Shown here: positions 37,950-46,143 of the stretch, in pieces
How the letters are laid out: each line of letters opens with the position of its first letter
How positions within the stretch are numbered: position 1 is the first letter of the stretch
DNA from: an uncultured Candidatus Saccharibacteria bacterium
GTDB taxonomy: Bacteria; Patescibacteriota; Saccharimonadia; CAILAD01; BJGX01
Direction of reading: 5' to 3'
DNA: 51,290 bases
NCBI GenBank assembly: GCA_964390265.1
Contig: CAYMHI010000006.1
Location: 6,327-57,616 of the forward strand
Notes under the pieces: generated by a model
The model's database searches: none
Told to the model about the DNA's origin: nothing
What the model saw: the letters and a program-made list of their open reading frames with translations, nothing else
Translations under genes and position numbers: made by a program

Positions 37950-38086
37950 ATATTCCTCCGTAACTTTTTAATAATTTTAAATGTTTTTTGTAGGCTCGCC
38001 TCCTTTGTATTGATAGTTAGACTTGCATATATATAACAAATTATGTATACTAGTTATAATTATTAACTAGTAATATAAGTATACCA

Positions 38087-38401
38087 ATGAGACGATTATA
38101 TAGTCAAGCCAAAATAGATAAAATAATTAAAACCACCGCGATTATAGGTGATCAATACAACTTATTAATTTTCTTTGAGCTAAATAACTTTGGCGAGAAG
38201 TCTTTTAATGAGCTCAAGCGCATGACCCAAATAAATGCCGTCACCTTAACCCGCAAGCTCAAAGCTCTAGAAGCCAACGGGCTGGTTACCAAAAGAAGCT
38301 CGGGCAAAGAAATATTGTATTCACTCACGCCCAAGACTCAAAAGCTCAAGCCAATAATAGATGATATTGCTGACGTGATAGAAAACGATAGCCTAAATTA
38401 G
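38087..38401 (+). CDS. HxlR-type winged-helix transcriptional regulator
   Basis: FNELKR...INAVTLTRKLKALEANGLV...ILYSLTPKTQKLKPII fits the HxlR pattern (..Y.LT..G..L.P..). Confidence 0.65.
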   Translation: MRRLYSQAKIDKIIKTTAIIGDQYNLLIFFELNNFGEKSFNELKRMTQINAVTLTRKLKALEANGLVTKRSSGKEILYSLTPKTQKLKPIIDDIADVIENDSLN

Positions 38402-38420
38402 GCTCTTCTAGGGCCATAAT

Positions 38421-39098
38421 TTAAGTAGACTGTTTAATCAACACAGCGCTATTGTGCTTGGCGCTATTAACCTCGCTTGAGACAGTGTAGGCGCTCATAT
38501 CTTTGGCTTTGTATGGCTGCAGTAGGTGTTCCAAAAATCCAATGTCATCATTGGCCTTGGGGCTAATCCAGTCGTCCTCTTGGCTGGGCTCTAATATAAC
38601 CGGCATACGGTCGTGTATGGGCTTAACTACCCCATTGGGGTTGGTGGTAATAATGGAGTAACTACGGATGACTTCACCGCTGGATTTGTCTGTCCACTCA
38701 TCATATAGCCCGGCAAAGGCAAAGGTATCCTCACCGGTAAGGTGTATGTAGTAAGGGGTTTTGGTACTGCCGTCGCGCCGCCATTCATAAAATCCACTAG
38801 CTGGCACCAAACAGCGTTGCGACTTAAAAGGGCGTTTCCAGGTAGGTTTTTCGGCCAAGGTCTCGGCTCGGGCATTTATCATCTTGTAGCCTATAGTGGC
38901 GTCCTTGGCCCAAACAGGGATAAGCCCCCAACGCATCAGCTCGAGCTGGTTGCCTTTGCCGCTATTGGTGATTACCGGCATGGTCTGGCCGGGCGCGATA
39001 TTGTAGTTGGGTTTGATCTCACCAGCCGGCTTGCCCTGCACTCCAAAACGAGTGATGAGTTTGGCCTTGCCACTAACGAGGGTGTATCTTCCGCACAT
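38421..39098 (-). CDS. SOS-response associated peptidase (SRAP/YedK/HMCES family; abasic-site DNA-protein crosslink)
   Basis: The N-terminal MCGRYTL carries the catalytic Cys2 of SRAP proteins. 225 aa. Confidence 0.9.
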   Translation of the reverse strand: MCGRYTLVSGKAKLITRFGVQGKPAGEIKPNYNIAPGQTMPVITNSGKGNQLELMRWGLIPVWAKDATIGYKMINARAETLAEKPTWKRPFKSQRCLVPASGFYEWRRDGSTKTPYYIHLTGEDTFAFAGLYDEWTDKSSGEVIRSYSIITTNPNGVVKPIHDRMPVILEPSQEDDWISPKANDDIGFLEHLLQPYKAKDMSAYTVSSEVNSAKHNSAVLIKQST

Positions 39099-39171
39099 AG
39101 GTATAATTATACACTTTTGCGGTCAATTTTGCTCTTGCATTTGTTCGCTATATGTTCGTATAATATAGAGT

Positions 39172-39432
39172 ATGATAGAGCCGGTAAACCAAGCTGTAGA
39201 TATACTCTCACTCTCACGCAAGGGGCGAGGTATAGTGGTGCCTTTGCGGATGAAGTGGAACAACAAGACCTATGAGATCAAAAAAATAGGCTTGCGCCAC
39301 CCCGTGCGCGAGGGTCGGGTGCTTTATCATATATTTGAATGTAGCGATGGCAACCTAAGCTTTCGGCTCAGACATAATACTGAGTCTTTGCAATGGACCC
39401 TAGAGGCAATTAGTGATGGCCTACCTGCTTAA
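39172..39432 (+). CDS. Small protein immediately upstream of, and overlapping, the Y-family polymerase gene; possible polymerase accessory subunit (YolD/UmuD analogue)
   Basis: 86 aa. It overlaps the polymerase ORF by 17-20 nt. No domain recognised. Confidence 0.4.
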   Translation: MIEPVNQAVDILSLSRKGRGIVVPLRMKWNNKTYEIKKIGLRHPVREGRVLYHIFECSDGNLSFRLRHNTESLQWTLEAISDGLPA

Positions 39433-40696
39433 CTCATCAGAGCTATGCAAAGATAATCCGCAAACCATGCACATCGATCTCAATAGTGCCTTTGCGACTA
39501 TTGAGCAACAAGCCAATCCATTGCTGCGCGGTAAACCGATAGGTGTGTGCTCGTATACTAGCCCGGGCGGGATAATTCTGGCGGCTAGCTATGAGGCTAA
39601 GGCGCTAGGCATAGTTACCGGCACACCGGTGCGCCAAGCCAAAGCCATCTGCCCAAATATTGTAGTGATGATGCCCGACCCCGATAAGTATTATTATGTG
39701 AACTCCTTGCTGTATCGTCTGCTGGGTAGATACACCTCAGATATTACTCCCCTCTCAGTCGATGAGTTTGTGCTCGATTTTAGCCGCAGCCGCAGCGTTA
39801 ACCCTCGCCCACTTACGCAAATAGCCCGCGAGATAAAGCGCAGGATTCACTATGAAATTGGCGACTGGATGCGCGTAAATATTGGCATTGGTACCAATCG
39901 GTTTTTGGCCAAGACAGCGGCTAGTTTGCACAAGCCCAATGGGCTAGATGTAATAAGCCATAATAATTTGCACGAGGTATATGCTAGCTTGGAGCTGCGT
40001 GATTTGTGCGGCATAAACTATCGCATGGAGTCGCGGCTAAATGCGGCGGGTATTTTTACACCATTAGAATTTCTAGAGGCCAGCGCTGAGGTACTCAAAA
40101 AACGAGTTTATAAAAGCATAGAGGGCTACCGGTGGTATCAGCGCTTGCGGGGCTACGAGGTAGATGGGGTTACCTATGGGCGCAAATCTTTTGGTAATGA
40201 TTTTGCTATCTACCAAGCGACTGCCGACCGGCACGAGTTGTCGCGAATGATAATGAAGCTGTGCGAAAAAACTGGCCGGCGCCTGCGACGCAATAATTAT
40301 TTTGCCCGCGGTGCCCATTTGTGGCTACTATACGATGATAATACCTATTGGCACACCGGCAAGAAATCGCAGACTGTTCTCTACTCTACCAACGATATCT
40401 ATGAGGCCATTATGCGCGTGTTTAATCGTCAGCCCGAATACAAGCCGGTGAGCAAGATTGGCATATCGGTCTATGGCCTAGAACCAACTCGGCCCGAGCA
40501 AATAGAGCTGTTTGAAACCATAGCTACCAAACAGCGACAAATTGCTGGCGCAGTCGATAAGACCAACGACACTTATGGCGAGTTTACACTTATACCGGCG
40601 CTGATGATGAATATGAACGATACTATTATTAAGCGCGTACCATTTGGTGGTACTAAAGATCTTAAACTTCTCTACAGCCAATACGCCAATATCTAG
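39416..40696 (+). CDS. Y-family DNA polymerase (UmuC/DinB/UvrX-like) with catalytic residues intact
   Basis: MHIDLNSAFATIEQ is motif I (D..F.A.VE) and LSVDEFVLDF is motif III (SIDEAFLD). Alternative starts are the GTG at 39413, the ATG at 39416 and the ATG at 39467 directly before motif I. Confidence 0.85.
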   Translation: MAYLLNSSELCKDNPQTMHIDLNSAFATIEQQANPLLRGKPIGVCSYTSPGGIILAASYEAKALGIVTGTPVRQAKAICPNIVVMMPDPDKYYYVNSLLYRLLGRYTSDITPLSVDEFVLDFSRSRSVNPRPLTQIAREIKRRIHYEIGDWMRVNIGIGTNRFLAKTAASLHKPNGLDVISHNNLHEVYASLELRDLCGINYRMESRLNAAGIFTPLEFLEASAEVLKKRVYKSIEGYRWYQRLRGYEVDGVTYGRKSFGNDFAIYQATADRHELSRMIMKLCEKTGRRLRRNNYFARGAHLWLLYDDNTYWHTGKKSQTVLYSTNDIYEAIMRVFNRQPEYKPVSKIGISVYGLEPTRPEQIELFETIATKQRQIAGAVDKTNDTYGEFTLIPALMMNMNDTIIKRVPFGGTKDLKLLYSQYANI

Positions 40697-40740
40697 AATT
40701 GGTTGATTGTGACGAAACTAGATTTAATTAAAACAAATAA

Positions 40741-41607
40741 CTACTTATCGCCCGGAGGGTCGTTTTTGATAAAGCTACCGTCTTGAAGCTCTGAGAATGC
40801 CGAGTGCAGCTCGGCCTCGGTGTTCATTACTACTGGCCCAGCCCAAGCTATGGGCTCACGTAGAGGCTTACCACCAAACACCAATAGTCTGGCGCCATCT
40901 TTGCGGCTAGAAAGTTCGATACTATCGCCGTCCTTAAATAACACTACATGCTTGGCGGCAATGTCTTGGCTATCTGTGCTAATAGAGCCACTCACGATAT
41001 ATATAAAATATTTATGACCGGTAGTTGTAATGAGTTGCCATTTTGTATCGCCTGTAAGCTCAACATCTAAAAAAGTTGGCTCTACGTATTCGCCCTTAAA
41101 AGCACCAGTTGTGTCGCGATACTGGCCAGATATCACTCGCACATTACTACCCTCTTCACTCACCACCGGAATGTCACGACTCAAAATATCGCCGTACTTG
41201 GGCTGAGTCATTTTGTGTTTTTTGGGTAAATTGAGCCATAATTGTATACCCAACATATGCGCCGAGTCTTGTGGCATTTCTTGGTGCACAATACCACTAC
41301 CTGCAGTCATCCATTGCACGTCACCATCATTTATGACACCTACTGTGCCGAGGCTATCGCGGTGCTCGAGATTTCCTTTAATAAGATAGGTAATGGTTTC
41401 AATACCGCGGTGTGGGTGCCACGGAAACCCTTGGGCGTAATCATTGGGGTCGATACTATCAAAGCCATCCATCATTAGGAATGGATCAAACTCCTTGGCC
41501 TGCTCTGCGCCACCAAATAACCGCACTAGCTTAACACCAGCGCCATCTATAGCTGGAGTGCCGGTGATAATTTGGTGTATTTGGCGAGTTGTTTTGGATT
41601 GACTCAT
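40741..41607 (-). CDS. Pirin family protein
   Basis: HPHRGIETITYLIKG matches the pirin metal-binding motif HPHRGFETVTY. Bicupin, 288 aa. Confidence 0.88.
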   Translation of the reverse strand: MSQSKTTRQIHQIITGTPAIDGAGVKLVRLFGGAEQAKEFDPFLMMDGFDSIDPNDYAQGFPWHPHRGIETITYLIKGNLEHRDSLGTVGVINDGDVQWMTAGSGIVHQEMPQDSAHMLGIQLWLNLPKKHKMTQPKYGDILSRDIPVVSEEGSNVRVISGQYRDTTGAFKGEYVEPTFLDVELTGDTKWQLITTTGHKYFIYIVSGSISTDSQDIAAKHVVLFKDGDSIELSSRKDGARLLVFGGKPLREPIAWAGPVVMNTEAELHSAFSELQDGSFIKNDPPGDK

Positions 41608-41748
41608 AATAATATTTTACTATAGTTGGTGGTGAGTGTATTTATTAGATATGACAAATAGACATTGACATAATGTATTAATATTGTTATACTTAGCCCA
41701 ACTCTAATTGAGTGCACCCCACACAATACACGACCGGAAGGAAAGGTA

Positions 41749-42141
41749 ATGGCCGAAGAGGTGGTATTGACACCCGAACGCGTTGAAGAAATCTTCAGAA
41801 ATTGCAAGCGCCGAAAAACCGACGCAAAAGATGACTTGGTGCGAGCCGAAGGCCAAATTCTACCCTACGGGTTTAGTCGCACTAGGCTCGATGAGCATTG
41901 CGACACCATTAGGGCGTGCTTGGCCGAGCTACCCGATGAGTTGCATGAGTCAACCGGCACCGGCGGTAACCTCAGACAAGCCCACCACAATAGCGATGGA
42001 ACTACCTGGACAGATGAACGCATAGTGGTTGAGCACCTCATAGCGCTTGGTACTGCTACAGGCATGATTAGGTGGCTATATCTCAATAGCCGGCGCACAA
42101 TGTTTGAGCGTGGCCTGCCCGTCTTTGTGATCAACATCTGA
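41749..42141 (+). CDS. Hypothetical protein (moderately GC-rich)
   Basis: 130 aa with a GGAAAGG SD. ATGA overlap with the next ORF. Confidence 0.5.
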   Translation: MAEEVVLTPERVEEIFRNCKRRKTDAKDDLVRAEGQILPYGFSRTRLDEHCDTIRACLAELPDELHESTGTGGNLRQAHHNSDGTTWTDERIVVEHLIALGTATGMIRWLYLNSRRTMFERGLPVFVINI

Positions 42142-42383
42142 TGAGCAAAACTACGCAAGTTCGACAACTCAAAGCAACTCCAAAGCCCGAAAGGCACCTT
42201 AAGTTGGTAGAAGACACTCCAGAGCAACCATCCGATATGACAAAACGTCAAATGCGAGCCATGGTGTTTTGTGCCCTGATAGTTGTGATTTTGCTAGTGT
42301 GGTGGGGCAGCTCGCCCAGCGAAAGCGACACTGCACCAGTAGTGCGCGACACCATTGTTTCGCCGGTAACAGCCCCGGGCTAA
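42141..42383 (+). CDS. Small single-pass membrane protein
   Basis: 80 aa with TM AMVFCALIVVILLVWW. Translationally coupled to the upstream ORF. Confidence 0.45.
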   Translation: MSKTTQVRQLKATPKPERHLKLVEDTPEQPSDMTKRQMRAMVFCALIVVILLVWWGSSPSESDTAPVVRDTIVSPVTAPG

Positions 42384-42509
42384 GCTAGTTTGCGCCCGCA
42401 CGACTTATCATTAATATGATAGGTCGTTTTTTATTTTGTTGTTAATTCAAGCAAAGCAGAGCTCAACAAGTTTTTCATTTACTATAGTCTACGTGTTAAG
42501 ATAGTAGTA

Positions 42510-43244
42510 ATGATACAGATAAAAGATGTTACCAAAACTTACGGTAAGGGTGAAAGCCTGTTTACCGCTCTTTACAAGGTAAGTGCCGAGATACCCGATG
42601 GGGCTAGTGTAGCGATAATAGGTAAAAGCGGATCGGGCAAATCCACGCTTATGCATATAATGAGTGGTCTTGACCGTGCGAGCGATGGCGAGGTTATTGT
42701 AAATAATAAAAGCCTAGTTGGTCTCAAGCCTAAACAAATTGATAATTTTAGGGCAACTGAAATGAGCTTTATATTTCAAGCCTTCTTTGTAGAAGCCAAC
42801 CAAACATGCTACCAAAATGTATTATTACCTCTCGAGATAGCTCGCGTAGGTAGGCGCGATAGACGTAAGCATGTGCTTGAGGCTCTGCGCGCTGTTGACT
42901 TAGAGGACAAAGTAGATAGTCTGGCTGGCAATCTAAGTGGTGGCCAAAAACAAAGGCTTGCAATTGCTCGAGCGATTGTCAATAAGCCTAAGCTTATTTT
43001 TGCCGACGAGCCAACTGGAAACCTAGATAGCGCTACTGGCGAAATTGTAATTGATTTACTATTTAAACTTAACCGCGAGCGAGGCATTACTATTGTAATT
43101 GTTACTCACGACCAAGACCTAGCCCTGCGCACCGATATGCAGCTATATATGAAGGATGGCGAGATTATTGAGGTAACGCATTCCAAACACAGGGTCAAAA
43201 AAACTACTCAAGTCGATACTCTTAAAAAACAGGGGTTACGCTAA
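42510..43244 (+). CDS. ABC transporter ATP-binding protein, MacB/LolD/FtsE-like
   Basis: Walker A GKSGSGKST, signature LSGGQKQRLAIARA and Walker B LIFADEPTGNLD. Confidence 0.9.
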   Translation: MIQIKDVTKTYGKGESLFTALYKVSAEIPDGASVAIIGKSGSGKSTLMHIMSGLDRASDGEVIVNNKSLVGLKPKQIDNFRATEMSFIFQAFFVEANQTCYQNVLLPLEIARVGRRDRRKHVLEALRAVDLEDKVDSLAGNLSGGQKQRLAIARAIVNKPKLIFADEPTGNLDSATGEIVIDLLFKLNRERGITIVIVTHDQDLALRTDMQLYMKDGEIIEVTHSKHRVKKTTQVDTLKKQGLR

Positions 43245-44593
43245 TGTATATTACCGATATTATTCGACGTGCCGGCAGAAGCTTACGCAGCGCCAAAGCT
43301 CGAACACTACTGACGGCTTTAGCAATTGCTGTTGGTGCATTCGCTCTTACTTTAACTTTGGCAGCCAGCAATGGCGCTACAGCGTTTGTTAATAAAATAA
43401 TATCGGACAATTTTGACCCTGCCGAATTGGTAGTGGTGGCCGACAAGTCGTTGTTGGGTGGCGGTAGTGGAAGTACTGAACCAACCGAGTTTAGTGGCAA
43501 CTTTGGTAGCTCACTTTCAAATGCCGGAGCCATAACGCAAATTAAACGCTTAACCGATGCCGACATAACCAAAATTAAAAGTATTGATGGCGTAGAATCG
43601 GTACGCGAAGACCTGGTGGTAAACTTACAATACATTACCAGACCCGACCAAAAAAAATATGTCGCCACCATGCAGTCTTACTCGCCTTTTCTCAAGCCCG
43701 AATTACTGGCTGGCAATATTCCACAACCACTTACCGGCAAGCAGATATTGCTGCCAGAGGGCTTCTTAAAAAGTCTTGGGTTCTCTAGTGCTGAATCGGC
43801 TATTGGCGAGAAAATAACGGTAGCTGTCAAAAAACCATCTTCATCACCTACACCTCAAACCCTGGCTCAAGCCACCTTTACCCCAAGCCAAGATGTTGTT
43901 TTACAAGAGTTTAGTATCGCAGCAGTGCTCAAAAAACCCGCCACCGCTCAACCTGGAACCGAGCTATACCTATATACCAGCCAAGACGCAGCTCGAGAGC
44001 TTAACGATATTGCCACGCTTGGCACCAACGACTACCGAGCCTATACCAGTATTTATGTTAAGGTAGTTGATGGCCAGAATGAGCAAAATCTCAATGCCGT
44101 GCAAACCGAGATAGAAAAGCACGGCCTCTATGCCCAAAGCGTTAAAGAAACTCAAAAGTTTCTTACCCAAATAATTGATGTATTGCGCGGAATAGTAATA
44201 GCCTTTGGACTAATTGCTATTATTGCCTCAATATTTGGCATTGTTAATACTATGTATATTAGCGTAATTCAGCGCACGCGCGAGATTGGATTAATGAAAG
44301 CGCTAGGTATGCGTAAGCGCGACATTGGCCGCCTGTTTAGGTTTGAAGCAGCTTGGATAGGTTTGCTGGGTGGTATTATTGGCTCTGGGCTAGCAATTGG
44401 CTTAGGCATAGCGCTAAACCCCTGGATAACCACTAAGCTAAGTCTGGGTGCGGGTAACAGCCTACTGATATTTAAGCCCACCCAGGTAGTAGGTTTAATA
44501 TTCATTTTAATGCTGGTTTCAATTCTTGCTGGTTGGCTACCATCGCGCAAAGCCGCCAAGCTTAATCCTATAGAGGCATTAAGAACCGAGTGA
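43244..44593 (+). CDS. ABC transporter permease, FtsX/MacB type with a large extracytoplasmic domain
   Basis: One N-terminal TM, a loop of about 250 aa, then the C-terminal FtsX 3-TM module (...NTMYISVIQRTREIGLMKALGMRKRDI...). TAATG coupling to the ATPase. Confidence 0.85.
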   Translation: MYITDIIRRAGRSLRSAKARTLLTALAIAVGAFALTLTLAASNGATAFVNKIISDNFDPAELVVVADKSLLGGGSGSTEPTEFSGNFGSSLSNAGAITQIKRLTDADITKIKSIDGVESVREDLVVNLQYITRPDQKKYVATMQSYSPFLKPELLAGNIPQPLTGKQILLPEGFLKSLGFSSAESAIGEKITVAVKKPSSSPTPQTLAQATFTPSQDVVLQEFSIAAVLKKPATAQPGTELYLYTSQDAARELNDIATLGTNDYRAYTSIYVKVVDGQNEQNLNAVQTEIEKHGLYAQSVKETQKFLTQIIDVLRGIVIAFGLIAIIASIFGIVNTMYISVIQRTREIGLMKALGMRKRDIGRLFRFEAAWIGLLGGIIGSGLAIGLGIALNPWITTKLSLGAGNSLLIFKPTQVVGLIFILMLVSILAGWLPSRKAAKLNPIEALRTE

Positions 44594-44645
44594 GTAAGCA
44601 ACTTTTTATATGGTAATTTATGAACATATTGGTTAAGATATATTC

Positions 44646-45692
44646 ATGAAGCAAGTATTTGACAGAAGTCGCAAGAGTAATGAAAACATTGCCGAAGCTC
44701 TGCTATTACCCACTATTTTAGTTACTGGCTTAATAGCCCTTTTTTTATTTTGGAACGAAACGGCCGTTAAATTGGTAGGTCGTGGATCTATAGGAATGAT
44801 GGTATTAATATTTGGAGCCATTATTACCTTACTCATTTTTACTCCAGCCTATATCTATGGCCTAAAATCTCACAAAGAACAGCTTACTAGCAAGCAACTG
44901 GTATTTAATATATTCTCGCTTACCATCGCTTCTGTAATAATGACCATGCTACTCACCTCGCTTGGAGTGGGGTTAATTTCGCAGTCGTTTAAGGGCCTTA
45001 CTCTAGATAGATATGTATCGGCAGTAATAGTTGGAGTTTATAGTGGGCTGATTGTTTATATGTTGGTTCCGGCAGTTATTAGGTTAAATACGCGAGGTAT
45101 AGCACAAATATTTTCTGTTGTAATGATCTGTGGGATGTTACTAAGTATGATTACCTCAACCAATCCATACTGGTGGGAAGTAAATTTTTCCTCACTAGGG
45201 AGCACCGACAGCCCTTCAGCAGTAGCCTTTAATTTCACCTTAATACTATCAGGTTTGTTATTAATTACACTCAGCTCACATTTACTCGATGATATTACTA
45301 AGCTACTTAAAGGCTTGAGCACAAAAGCTCAGAACGCTAGAGTGGGATTGCTAAAAATATTATTTATTTTTATTGGTATATGTATGGCCGGTGTAGGCAT
45401 ATTCACCTACGCTGAGCACCCTACTTTGCACAATCTTTCGGCTTACTCTATGGTGCTTGGCTTTGCGATAATGATTATTGGATTAAAGAAAATTATTCCA
45501 TTTATAGACACTACATTTTTAGCTAACTCTTATTTTACCTTGGTAATAATTGGTGTGTGCTACTTTTTGTTTGCTAGAGTAGGTTATTTGAATCTCACCG
45601 CTTTTGAGCTACTGGCTTTTGGCATTACCTTTGCTTGGCTTGTGGTTTTTATACGAAAGATAAACAGCCTACAGACAAGCAATTCTGGTTAA
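44646..45692 (+). CDS. Polytopic membrane protein of unknown function
   Basis: 348 aa with about 10 TM helices. Confidence 0.5.
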   Translation: MKQVFDRSRKSNENIAEALLLPTILVTGLIALFLFWNETAVKLVGRGSIGMMVLIFGAIITLLIFTPAYIYGLKSHKEQLTSKQLVFNIFSLTIASVIMTMLLTSLGVGLISQSFKGLTLDRYVSAVIVGVYSGLIVYMLVPAVIRLNTRGIAQIFSVVMICGMLLSMITSTNPYWWEVNFSSLGSTDSPSAVAFNFTLILSGLLLITLSSHLLDDITKLLKGLSTKAQNARVGLLKILFIFIGICMAGVGIFTYAEHPTLHNLSAYSMVLGFAIMIIGLKKIIPFIDTTFLANSYFTLVIIGVCYFLFARVGYLNLTAFELLAFGITFAWLVVFIRKINSLQTSNSG

Positions 45693-45696
45693 AATA

Positions 45697-46083
45697 TTAT
45701 TTTGTTTTTGTGCTACTTTTTTCTTCAGAGGGCGTAAGCAACACGATGCTTAGGCCAATACCAAAGAATAGTGCTTGTAAAAAATTGACTTTACCAATTG
45801 AGGCTATCTCACCAACTACCCAAAACATCATAATAATGCCAGAAACTACAGTAGCTAAATTGGCACCTATTAATTTTTTGTGTTGGCTTACAGCAGCAAT
45901 AAGCGCACTACCACCCACCACTGCCATAAGAATTACTCCTGGAAAGTAGTAGGTTTTAAATCCGGTAGGCTCCAGCCATTGTGCCGGTAAGCCCATTTTG
46001 CCCATTATTAAACCAACCCCGCCCAATATGGCCGCAAAGCTAGCAAACCACAAAAGACCAATTAATATTTTGTGTTTATTCAT
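45697..46083 (-). CDS. Small membrane protein (4 TM, DoxX-like?)
   Basis: 128 aa and hydrophobic. Confidence 0.4.
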   Translation of the reverse strand: MNKHKILIGLLWFASFAAILGGVGLIMGKMGLPAQWLEPTGFKTYYFPGVILMAVVGGSALIAAVSQHKKLIGANLATVVSGIIMMFWVVGEIASIGKVNFLQALFFGIGLSIVLLTPSEEKSSTKTK

Positions 46084-46143
46084 TGTTTTATTATACCTTT
46101 AAATTTAGCTTAGCAAAATAGCTATGCTTTATGATAGACAACC

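Noticed and set aside
41865-42251. 128-aa minus-strand ORF spanning the 41749/42141 gene pair
   Set aside because: The plus-strand ORFs have an SD and ATGA coupling. The antisense frame is probably a by-product of the locally raised GC.
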